Source of the DNA: Amoebophrya sp. A120
Taxonomy: Eukaryota; Protista; Dinoflagellata
DNA: 64,000 nucleotides
Assembly (NCBI GenBank): GCA_905178155.1
Contig: CAJINV010000005.1
Span: forward strand, 6,936,580-7,000,579
Direction: 5' to 3'
A program made the translations under genes and the position numbers. The notes beneath the pieces are model-generated. The model made no database searches. It worked only from the letters and a program-made list of their open reading frames with translations, and was not told the origin of the DNA. The stretch's first letter is position 1. Each line of letters opens with the position of its first letter. This document shows positions 48,275 through 59,618 of this stretch, one piece after another.

Positions 48275-51175
48275 ATGTCCCACCTGTCCGTTGCTTCCAC
48301 CGCGGAGCCGGCGGAAGCGGCTCCGGCCGCCGACCCGGAAGCCGTTCAGAACAACGAAAACCACGAGATCGACTCCGTGATTCCGGATGACCCGCTGGAA
48401 AACGAAACCCAGGCGCCGGAGGAGAACGATCAGGAGGGGAATGACGACAACGAAGATGACATCAATTCCGTCCCCCCGCCACCCCCGGAGGATGAGGAGG
48501 AACAAGAAACCGGTGTTGCAGCTGGTGGTAATATGTCTACCAACCAGCTGAACGCTGACGCTGCGGAGTTCACGATGGGAAATAGTAATCAGGACCAACA
48601 AATCGCTAATATGAACCCGAATGTGGTGAGTATGATGGGGAATAACAATATGCAACACCCTATGGCAGGAGGCGAGAACAAGAACAATCACCACCGGCAG
48701 AAGTGGAATCCGATGCACTTTGTCGGGGAGTTCGAGGACTCTCTCGGCCACCGGATCACCTCCGTCGAGGTGCCGCCGCGGAACCCCACTGGACCGGGTA
48801 TGAAACAGCCGGAGCCGTCCTTTCACGCCCACTTTGTGGCCAGAAATCGCCCGGATAAGAGGTACTGATTTGATTCTTCCTATATCAATCTGTTGCGATT
48901 GCTTCTGCTTGCATGACAGGGACTGCTTGCAATGGAATGTTCTTACGCATCAGAAGTTAGTTGTGCATCGAGATTTTTGCATGGAGATGTTCATGGGCTA
49001 ATAGCATGAGAAACAAAGGTCTTTATTCGTTATGCGAATACACATACACATCGACGAAACACAAAAACAGGTTCGTCATCGCCCGGAAGCAGGTGATGCG
49101 ATCGCAGAAGCGTGCTTGGATGTGCGGGAATGGGTACTTTTGCCACCAGCTGTCCAACCCCGACCGGATTGTCTTTCAGACCATCGATGGACGGGAAAAC
49201 GTCTGGACGAGGCTGCCACCGGTAGAATTTTTGTTTGTCATGCAGTAACAGGCAAGAGACGCACGATTTCCGTTGCTACAGTGCTAGTTTAAGTAGTCTA
49301 TGTTTATTGTGTGCTTCCTTTTAATATTGACGTTCAAGTTTGTCATGCATAATAGCCACAGCACTTCGAAATATTAAACGACGACACTACATCACACTAT
49401 CAGGCCGGCGCCGTTTTCTTCGATCCGCCCCCGAATCTGACGATCGACGTGGATGCCGCAATGGCGCAGTGGCGCGAGGAGCACTTGAAACTTCTCGAGC
49501 AGAAGATGACGGAGATTCATCTGGAGGACGAGCAAGCGATTGCGGAGAAGGAACAACAACAACAGCAAATTTTGACCGAAAAGAACGACACGACCGAACA
49601 ACAAGAACAGTTGCAAAATAACGTTGAGAAGGTGGAAAATATTAACGCCGTCCAACGGAAAGAAAAAAACGACAAAAATACGACCGAAAAGCAGGCATTC
49701 AAAACTGGCGAAAGCACACCCTCAACAACTCCGGATGAGGAAAGCAAGGAGGAACCTAGTGCCACCGAAAACAAGAAATCCGACGACACCGAAGCCACTT
49801 CCTGGGCAGCAAAGCTGAAGAAGTCAACAGAGACGAAAGCGTCCTCATCAACTGCTACGAAACAGGAGAAAAAGGACACCAAGCCAGTCCCCAAAGTCAT
49901 GGAAAACGTAGAAAAGTCATGGCCACCAAAGAAATGGGCGGCCAATGCCAACGCGGAGGAATTTTTCCCGGCTTGCTTGGAATTGACCCGACCAAGAGTA
50001 AGCGGGAATGCGAAGCAGGTGAAGGAACTACAGGTAAGTATGAATTAATCTTAAATAAACAGATAAGTACCACTGACTAGAGGCTTAAAGCGACGAGCTT
50101 GCGATGTATATTTTCCAAACATAGTTAGAGATAGAACCGCGAGTAGCATCATCTTCTTTGTAGTTGTGCAGATTCAAAATCAAATTTGACCTACTTTACT
50201 AGTTTGTCATGCATATTATCCGAAACAAAAAAAAACTTGTATCAGGTCCGAGCGGTCTCTGATGTTGGGATGGGCAACCAGATGTTCTCCGAATTGCAGT
50301 GGACGTTGGAGGAAAAGTGGAGCCAGTTGAAGAAGAATCCGACGGATTTCGCAGTGGTGTCCCCGCACTTCTCAGTCGGCGTCGTGGAGAACGTATTTTT
50401 GCTTTACATACTGTTTGTACTTTTTGGCAGTACAGAGTCAGTTTGTCATGTAAGAAGAAGCATGAGAGGCTAATATAGAAAGAGCAGCCAACATCCGCGC
50501 TTTATCTACCAAGAAGCCCAATCGTATCGCTATCTTGTATGGAAAGACTCAATACTCTGTCGTAAATGAAAAACACAAAACAACTATCAGCTCCAACTTT
50601 CCTTTTTCCCGTCCGGGAGGAAAGCCAGCGGCAAGAAGTCGAAGCACACCTCGCTCCAACTGATCACGGGCGATTTGCAGGAGAGAGCCATGGGCTTGGA
50701 ATTGGAAATTATGATCAACGGCATTCGGTGTGAAACCGCGAAGAAGACGGTTAGTGGAAGGTTATGGATGTGTCAGAATCGAAATCGTCAAAGTTGAACT
50801 AGTTTGTCATGCATAAAATGCAACGCAGAAATTGTCTCTATTGCAGAGAACGCAAGAGAGGCAGACTGTAAGCCTGTCGAGGGGCAGAAATAGAGCTGCC
50901 CAAGTAGCATGACAAAAGGCGTCGACCTTACCCAAACAGCATGACAAACTGGATTTAGATTCTACCCAAATTTGTTATGCGCTACTTGGAAACTGGGCTG
51001 CAACTGGCCTCCACTTTACGCATGGCAAACTATTTCAACTTTGTTGATTTCGATCCTGACGCTTCCATAAAGGTTCACCGGGGACTACCCGTCTATGGAT
51101 GATAAGACGGAGGAGGTGAAGATTTGCTTGAGGATAATCAACTTGTTTAAGGACGAAAAAAAGATCGAGAACTAA
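48275..51175 (+). CDS. Hypothetical acidic protein with two PAM2-like motifs and a possible MATH-like C-terminal domain
   Basis: NQLNADAAEF and NANAEEFFP resemble PAM2 (LNxxAxEFxP). Four GT-AG introns plus introner 50763-51069; TAA at 51173-51175. Domain calls made by eye. Confidence 0.6.
50763..51069. mobile_element. Introner family C
   Basis: TSD AAGGT/AAGGT. Confidence 0.85.
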
Positions 51176-52257
51176 GAATGGTTCTCGTACTTCTCAGGAA
51201 CAACGGACATCACGGATTTTGTTTCCAATCAACGCATTATAGAATTTCACAACAAGAAATCAACTATGATGTGGAACTGGGGTCGCCTGATTACTCAACT
51301 TTTTGACGACCGAAAGATCGAAGTGTAAAGGTTTTGGCACTAATTGTATGCAGAATTGGCAGGGGAGGAAAATCTGGAAGACTGCAACGATTTTACGGCA
51401 CAGTGATGACAAAATAAAGAGAAAAATCTACTTGACTCATTTACGCGCACGAGAGAAGATGAAACTTTTTATACTAAATGCATATGAACGCGTGATTTAT
51501 TCGTAGGATGATGGGAGGAGGAAGACTGATTTTTAGAATCAAGGGCTTAATCTAGCGCTACACACTTTTTAGACGACCAACGGCAAATAATGAAATTCCT
51601 ATACCGGGTTTTTCGTTCCGGACGAAATATTAAGCCACTTACAACGCACTTTGATCAGTCTTTTTAGACATGGAAAAGCTGAAAAAATATAATTTCGGAG
51701 GGCAGCCGTCCCGCTCGCGGTTTTGGCCCCTGGGTATGAGCAGCCCACTTGATTGTTCCAAAGATGAAGATGTTCGCCTTGTTTGTATTGGTCGTCGTTC
51801 TACTTCGTTTCAGTTCTATCGTTGAAGATGTGCACGTGGTGTTTGACTAATTGCGTTATCAAGGTCGTTCGTTGACCGTGAGAAATTCCACTTTCGTTCA
51901 TCTTCCTATGTAAGTACCTAGATACAAATCGTCCTGTCCTTGCTCACGTCGTTCTCCCTGTCGTCGCCGTTCTCACAACATCCCGACCGTTCTCAAAAAG
52001 CAGACCTGTCCACGTCGTATTCGTTTTGGTTTTTCAGAAATAACACGAAGTACGAGTTCCAACACTGTTCTAACATAGACTACATTTCATCTCCGTTGTT
52101 GCAGGTTCGGCTACTCAGAGCGCCCTCGTGTTTCTTCTTCGCTCACGCAGAATCAATTACAAGAACCCTGCGTGTTGCATACGCCACCACATAGTAGCCC
52201 TCGAAATTGTTCGCATTCATTTCCAGCCTGTTTGGAGATTTTCTGTTTCTCAGAAAG

Positions 52258-53677
52258 ATGGTCGTACATCTATCGAAGAGTAGAGTCGGCAAAGCCACAG
52301 CCGTGTTGGCACTCCTGTCGCACACCGCTGTCTATGCCGATCCAGCCCCGGTACAACAACCGGCGGAAAAGAACGGAAGGCAACTACCTGAAATAAACAC
52401 CTCGGCGGACAATCGTATCCTGAAGCCGAGACTTCGTGGGACGTTGCGGAAAAGAGAACTGCTGGAAGAGGCAGCTGCATCAAACCTGCTTCCAAGTAGC
52501 AACTTGATGCAAAAGCAGGAACTTCTGCAAGAACTACAGCTGCACAAGAAAGAAAACGACGGCGCACTCGAAAAATTACAACGAACCTCCGAGCAAGAAC
52601 TCTCCCCCAAGCCGCGCCTCCGCGGCACCCTCCGGAAGCGAGAACAGGAGCAGGCCGCGGCGATGTCGGCGGCTAAAGTAAAACTACAGGACAAGTTGGA
52701 AGGCGAAGGGAACAAGCCGACGGCTGCAAATGATGATGCAACAGCAACTGCAAGCAATTTGATGCAGGTGATGAAACAGCAGGAGCTGCATCTTCACAAA
52801 CACGATCACGGAGTCGTGCCACCGCAGCAGCTCCAAGACCACCTCGTCCAAGCCGGCTCGAACGAAAACATTTCACAAGACCACCTTGTTCCCAAGCCCC
52901 GGCTCCGCGGCACTCTGCGGAAGAGAGCGGAGAGGGAGATGAAGCTGAAAAGCGCGCCGGACGGTGGTGCGGAGACGAAAGAACTACTCACAGTCCCTGC
53001 TACGTCGGACGACAATGTGACGGAACAGCATGAAATAAACACCAAAGTCACCGCCAGCAGCACAACTTCAACTTTGCAAAAGCTGGAGCAACGGGAGCAG
53101 CAAAAACACGACCTTCAGCAAAACCACAAGTTCGAAACATTTATGCTGGAATCAAAGAGTTATCTCAAGGAGAAATTCGAAGAACTCTCGTCGTCCATGG
53201 GCAAGAAATTGGACGAAATTGTCGACGATTACGTGCAGCCGTTTTTCAAATCCGCGGAAGAAAAAACCGTGGAATTGGCAAACGAAGCGCTCACTGGGGC
53301 CGTGCAATCTTTCACGGAAACCACGACAAACGGCCCGGATGAGGGCAGCTTCTGGGCGAGGTTTCAGAAACAAGAATTCGCGGAGGTATGACAGTGCACA
53401 ACTCCCCTTCCCCTTCATTTGTCATGCAATATACCCAGTCCACCCTTGCCTTTGCCACTTGGCACTGTTTGCATGACAAGTTCTGCTTCTGGTAGCTTAA
53501 ATAGCACTACTATAATGCTCTAGTGCAAATTTGTCATGCAAAACCACCAATCTTGTTGATGCTTGTATTGCTGTGTATGGTATACAGATGAGGGGAAGGG
53601 GGAATTGTGCACTCTCATACGCGGGCGGGTTCGGAGATCAGATCGGGGACGAGGTGGTGGCACTGGGGCGGGTGTGA
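52258..53677 (+). CDS. Putative secreted protein with three KPRLRGTLRKR repeats
   Basis: Signal-peptide-like N-terminus (MVVHLSKSRVGKATAVLALLSHTAVYA). Long ORF to 53386, then an introner; short last exon ending TGA 53675-53677 (junction uncertain). Confidence 0.65.
53387..53619. mobile_element. Introner family D with displaced TSD
   Basis: CGCGG-AGG-TAT..ATA-CGCGG. Confidence 0.8.
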
Positions 53678-54783
53678 GAAGAAGTAGGGCGAGGCAGTTA
53701 AGTACTGGCTAAGCACGCGAATGACCGTTGCAAAAGCCAGCGGAGGTTTCGGAATTTCGCGTTCGTTGGCTATTTTTTATTGAGCTGAGCTCCTGTTCCT
53801 TTCCCTTTTAGTATTTTTGCATATTTTTAATTACATACTTATCATCCCACCGAGATCGATCCCAAACCCAACCTACTTTGAAGTCATCAAAAGGAGATTT
53901 TCTCTAGGTTTTCCAAGAACCTTTCTGATGAAAATTGCTACTCTAGATGAGACCACTCCCCCTCAGCAGGCCCAGAGGACCATACAGCACTACCCCGCAG
54001 TTGACATTTATGTTTGGCGTCGCCGTTTTTTTTTTTGAGAGAGTCAAAGACAAAGTTTTGACTGCGCCCTCCCCTTGATATTAAGTAGCATCCTGACAGG
54101 AAGTTGTAGAACACGCATTTCCCGCAAACCACCCAAGAACACGCATTTCCCGCAAAAAATAGTTTGTGATGCGCGGTGTTGGTCGTCTGTCCTCGCGGGG
54201 GAAACTTAGAGGCCACATCACTGCTCGGCGTTCTTCGTTACTGGCTGTGTTCTTCCGGAAATATTTGAAAAGCAAAATAAGACCTTGACAGCTAGCATGA
54301 CAGTCTGACAGAACCTGAAGAGCTTCTAATGAAAGCAAGAGCCAAGAACTACGTCTTTTAGATTTGAGCGAGAGGGAACGAAGAGTATGCAGATAGAGGT
54401 TGCCTCGTATACATAGTGTAGTCTGCACCAATCAAGAACGGAGGCAAGTAACAAGTAAGCACTCGATAATTTATGGCGGTAAGAAGACGAGAATACACCC
54501 TCAGCTACTTGCACGGTGCCCCCTAACCTTCTCGTAATACGTTGCAGTACTTACGCGCCTCTGCTCCCGCCCAATTTTCTACTTGCATAAAATTGCAAAA
54601 TGCGGAGCAAAAACACCATGCCCATGCGAGGGCGGTGATTAAGAACATGCCGTGTTGACCACGACTCGTCGGTTAGAAATTGTGATATGCCTTCTAGCGC
54701 AGATTTTGAGACGCCACTTCTAGCCCGTTGGTCGTGGAGCTAGTTGCTCAGAGGACGAGGAGCTCAAACTTACAAAGAACAAG

Positions 54784-57700
54784 ATGACCGAGCCGGCTCC
54801 TCCGAAGCCGAACAAGCAGCACGTGCACATCGTGGCGGAGATCGGCATCAACCACAATGTATCCTGTACAAACGTATCGTACTCGCATTGCAATCATGCA
54901 TTACAAATCCCTTTCTTAAGCCAAATCTGCATTACAAATTTCATTTCTCATGCTGCAGAAATTTGTATTGCATTTATACGAATACGATTTTTTTGCAATG
55001 CATACAATGGGGACATTGAACTCTGCAAGAAGCTGATCATGCTCGCGAAAACGGCCGGGTGCGACTCCGTGAAAATCCAGAAGCGAAACCCCGATGTCTG
55101 CGTTCCGGAGGACCAGAAGCTATCAAATGCAAAAATGTCTGGGTCTGGAAGAATGCAAGACTTGCCATGCATATTTCTCATGACCCATGATGCCTGTAAT
55201 GCATTACCTAGCATCGCAGACTTTTACAGGGCTTCCTGATGCACCTTCCGCATGAGAAATGCCCCCTCCGTGTAGCACAAATTGCACCCCTCTTGCTGGT
55301 CATGCAATACAATTTTATTTAGAGTCTACAAACAGCATGACAAGTTGCAATCTTCCAGACCCAGACACTTTTGCAGTTGATAGAAACAGAAGATGCGCGA
55401 CACGCCGTGGGGGCGGATGACGTTATCAACTGCAAAAATGTCTGGGTCTGGAGGGATGCGAACTTGTAATGCTAGCTCTCCATACCCAGGAAATCTGTAT
55501 TGCATAGCCAACAATGAAAGTCGCAGCCTCTTTTGTACATGCAAAAACGCAGTATCTCATGCGGATTTCCTATGAGAAAGGGAAAGCGTTCTCAAAAGTT
55601 GTCATGCTGTAATGCATGCGGAACTGTTTCCATCATCCACATTTTAGCATCACAAGTTTCCAGGCCCAGACACTTTTGCAATGCATAGACGTATCTGGAA
55701 TACAAGTGGAAATTGGAATTCAACGAAGAGCAGATCAAAGAGCTGATCGAGTACAGCAAGTGGATCGGGATCACGTTTTTCGCTTCCGTTTGGGACATAT
55801 GCATTGCAAAACTGACGTACGTACGTAGAAATTGCATTACAAATTTTCTCAAGAAGAAAAATACAATTTGTCATGCGTGTTCAGGTAGAGAAAGAGAATT
55901 GAACTTGTCATGGATAGCTGCAATTACTACGAGTACGATACTTTTGGAGAGAATAGGACAAGGAAAGCTGCGATATGATGTGCAAGTACGGCGGATTGTC
56001 GAAAATCCCCTCGGCTTTGATCACGGATTTGGAACTCTGCGAGTACGCAAGGAAAAAGTTCGAAACGCTGATCATTTCGACCGGTAAAGTTGAGAAGAGT
56101 TACGCGGTGATAGACATTGACATAGATGATTTAGGTTTTTGCATCCGCGAAACAGAGGCATTGGCTTGTGATGCCTCTGCATGATAGATCAGTCCAACAG
56201 CTTTACTGACCATTTTCGAATGTTTCTGTATAAGGAGTACTCCTGCATGACAAACAGCACAATCCAAAACTCTTTAGAAAACAGGTATGTCCACCGAAGA
56301 GGAGATCGAGGCCTGTGTGAAGGTGTGCGACCCGGATATCATCATGCACACGAATTCGACCTACCCGTGCCCCTACGAGGATTTGAACCTGCGGTACATC
56401 ACGCACCTGAAGGACAAATACCCGGAAAAAATCATCGGCTACTCCGGCCATGAGTACGGATTGGTTACCACATTTTGCGCGGTCGCGCTCGGCGCGCTGT
56501 ACGTCGAGCGACATATCACGTGGGATAGGAACATGTGGGGGTCTATGGGAGTGTCAGAACCGAAATCGTCAGAGTTGAAATGATTTGTCATGCACAGATG
56601 GATGCCAGTTGGAACCCAGTTTCCAAGTAGCGCATGTCAAATTTTGGCGGTCCTTCAATCCAGTTTGTCACGCTGTTTAGGCAAAGAAGACGGATTTTCC
56701 CATGCTACTTTAGCAGCTCGAGCTCTAACCCCAAACAGGCTTACAATCGGCCTCACTTGCCTGCTCTGCAAGACACATACCCCGCGTCGTGCATTTTATG
56801 CATGACAAATCATTTCAACTTTGTCGATTTCAAACCTGACGCTTCCATAGGGTCGGATCAGCTGTCATCCGTGGAGCCGGCGGGGTTGTTGAAATTAGTG
56901 AAGGGCATATGCAAGAAAAAAACTGTGTAAGTGTAACTCTGTAATGCAGAATATGCAACAGATCTACGCCTGTCATGCCACACAGCCACGAAGTCCTTTT
57001 TTCATGTGTGTTTTCCCTTACAAGCCGCGCATGACAGGTTCTCTCTGTTATGTAGACTAAATTTGTGATGCTGTCAGCCAAAGAGAGTTGCACTCACACA
57101 GTTTTTTTCTTGGATAGGGCATCCGGGATTCCAGCGAGTCGTTGGCTTACGAACCATATGGTTTGCTCAAATGTTACAATCTCAAACGTTACAATAACAT
57201 CATCTCAAATTTTCCTGACCGAACATCATGAGTACTGTACAGAGACTTGGGCTTTCGCGATACAAATTTCGCGAGATAATTCTCATGGGGTTGGGAGCTC
57301 CGAAACTTGTCATGCGTGCTCCTGTGGGAGTCGGCCAGATGTTGCGCATCGTGCAACACAAATTCCAGATTCTATGGTATACCGATTTGAGATTGTAACA
57401 CCTGGGCGGGTTATAAACTAGGGCCGAGGATTATGCAACGTAATTTTCCCGTACATGTACAAAATGCATGACAAGCTTCACCAATGTGGAGTGTAACACT
57501 TGTCATGCTAAACTAGGACTGAAGCCCAGTTTTGTCATGCAGAAGCCACATTTGTACGTGTGCAGGAAATTTACTGTGGATAAGGATTCTGTTCGACCGG
57601 GAAAACTCGAAGAAGGTCAGTTTGCGCCCGCAGCTATCCTGTGCAAACGTATCGTAGTCGTATTGCAGTCATGCATTACAAATCTTTTTGTTAAGGCAAA

Positions 57701-57794
57701 TCAGCATTACACCCCCCACGCTGAGGAAATTTGTAATGCATTTATACGAGTACGAATACGATACTTTTGCAATTTATAGCAGCCGAAGAAGTAG
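54784..57794 (+). CDS. neuB: N-acetylneuraminate (sialic/nonulosonic acid) synthase, NeuB family, ~288 aa, no C-terminal SAF domain
   Basis: IVAEIGINHNGD, AGCDSVKIQKR, FFASVWD, KIPSA, IISTGMS, MHTNSTYP, GYSGHE, VERHIT, WGSDQ. Nine introners and one GT-AG intron (56084-56284); spliced length 867 nt. Confidence 0.92.
54860..55004. mobile_element. Introner family A (in-frame, stop-free)
   Basis: TSD CAATG/CAATG; removal restores INHNGD. Confidence 0.9.
55121..55382. mobile_element. Introner family E
   Basis: TSD GAAGC/GAAAC. Confidence 0.85.
55424..55687. mobile_element. Introner family E
   Basis: TSD GACGT/GACGT. Confidence 0.85.
55798..55955. mobile_element. Introner family A (diverged)
   Basis: TSD GGACA/GGACA. 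Confidence 0.85.
56544..56849. mobile_element. Introner family C (opposite orientation to 11191-11497)
   Basis: TSD GGGTC/GGGTC; removal restores WGSDQ. Confidence 0.9.
56908..57116. mobile_element. Introner family G2
   Basis: TSD GGGCA/GGGCA. Confidence 0.85.
57157..57415. mobile_element. Introner singleton family H (TIR core TGTTACAATCTCAAA)
   Basis: TSD AACCA/AACTA. Confidence 0.8.
57432..57582. mobile_element. Introner family B
   Basis: TSD AGGAT/AGGAT. Confidence 0.85.
57635..57778. mobile_element. Introner family A
   Basis: TSD GCAGC/GCAGC. Confidence 0.85.
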
Positions 57795-59385
57795 TGAAGG
57801 CTTGTTTGGCATTTTTGCAGGGGCAACTGGGGGTGATCTCTGTGTGTGTGATTATCTGTAGGGCTACCCAGGAGTGAAAAGAACTTGACAGACCTCGGCT
57901 CTGCCGGCCGTATTAAACTTCAATTCACGGATTCTATCTTGCTGAATTTTTACCTGATGAGGTCGATTCTGCGATCATTCACATCTATTTTTTCAACGCT
58001 AATTTGCCCTCTTTATCTTTTCAAAGAAATGTTGTTAGTAATTGTGATTTGATTTTTTGACAGAGACGCAGATGAAAGATTGAGATATTAGTTGATGGTA
58101 GCGATTATATGTAACTGCTTTCACAGAAGGTGGAGTTGTTAGCCCTTTTTGTCGTCCTCGAGACGTCTCCTGAAACCGATGAAAGTAATATGAAAAAAGT
58201 TTGACGAATGAGCAAAAGCGCGTGCTGGCGCACAGTCTGTCAGGGTCGCGTTGGCCGCGAGCTTCCGTGGTCGTAGTGGTACTTGAGAAAAAAAAAAACC
58301 GAAAGCAAACTGCCCTTTTGTCGCTGTTCAGCTGATGTTCTTGCTCATGATGTGAAACAGATTCGATTGGTATTCGACAAGACTATCGATCGGTTTGTAC
58401 CGTACCTCTATTCGAGAATATCGGTTGTCTACTTCCGTGGTCGTACACATAGTCTTCAAGCAGGCGAATGATTATCGGTCTCGTCTTCTAATTGAAAGTC
58501 GTATTCGTAATGATACTTCCTTGTTTTTCCTCGTATTATCGATTGCTTTTTCCTCGTACGATGTTGTATAGTGGTATAAGCATTTTATTTCCTCGTACTA
58601 CCGGTCGTGTGGCTCTGATCGATCATCGGTCTGATTGTGGTATTCGTTCAACAACTCACATTTCAATATTTCTTCGGTTCGTCACACGGCGCTGCTGCTC
58701 CGGCGCAGAAGTTTTTAGGCGACGGTTGCGTTACTTACGTACGAGTTTTCACTTCGTATAGCTTTATTGATCGAACATGACGTGTACTAGGGCTTTCCTG
58801 TGCTAAAAATATTTCCATTCTGGTCTGCTGGCTTTTCTGCGCAGTGCTTTGACAGAAAATCAAAATAATTCCTCCGACAGGTTTTGGTGCGAAAACTTTC
58901 TTGACTTGTTGGTCGTCCCCACGTCTGCAAGCCCTGAAAGAACACAGAAGTACTACCGCATTTAACATTTCACGACTTCGATTTTTCGAACAACAAACTT
59001 AAGCTTTTTTCTTCTATAGTACGAGACAACTAGTACAATGAACTGTAGTTTGAGCAGTCACCTTGATCTTCTATCTTTTACAAACAAACAAAATCACTAT
59101 CCCTAAATACGCCTGCTGCAACGTTAGCTACGACGTGCGAAAAGGTGTAATCACTGCTGCTCAAAAGTAGCGCTGTTTCCTGCTCAACAGAAGTACTTCT
59201 TGTAGACGAGTATTTCAATTTCTGTTGCTTTTCATCCAGAAGTAGATCCACGTGAAGTTGTAGCCTTCACTGCTGTGTCACCACCAAGGAACATGACTTT
59301 CACGACTCGAGGCGCTCCTGTCGGACCACGTCAACAGCGGCCCGCAGGTCGTCCCGCAGGTCGTTCCAGCATGATCACCGCGAGC

Positions 59386-59618
59386 TATGAGACTGCACAA
59401 CAACTCTCCCTCGTTTTCAACTCTCATGAAAAACACTAACTCCACCCCTTGCCTTGTGCCACTAGCTACCATGCATGACAGATTTATTCCGAAGCCGAAA
59501 CAGCACTAAAATCGGCCGTGAATTTGATGTCATGCACCAAAATCTGCATCTGTGTGAGCACTCGTGTTGCTGTGGATGCCATCCAAATGAGGGGGAGGTG
59601 CAGTTGTGCACTCTCATA
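59386..59618. mobile_element. Introner family D
   Basis: TSD CGAGC/CGAGC. Confidence 0.85.
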
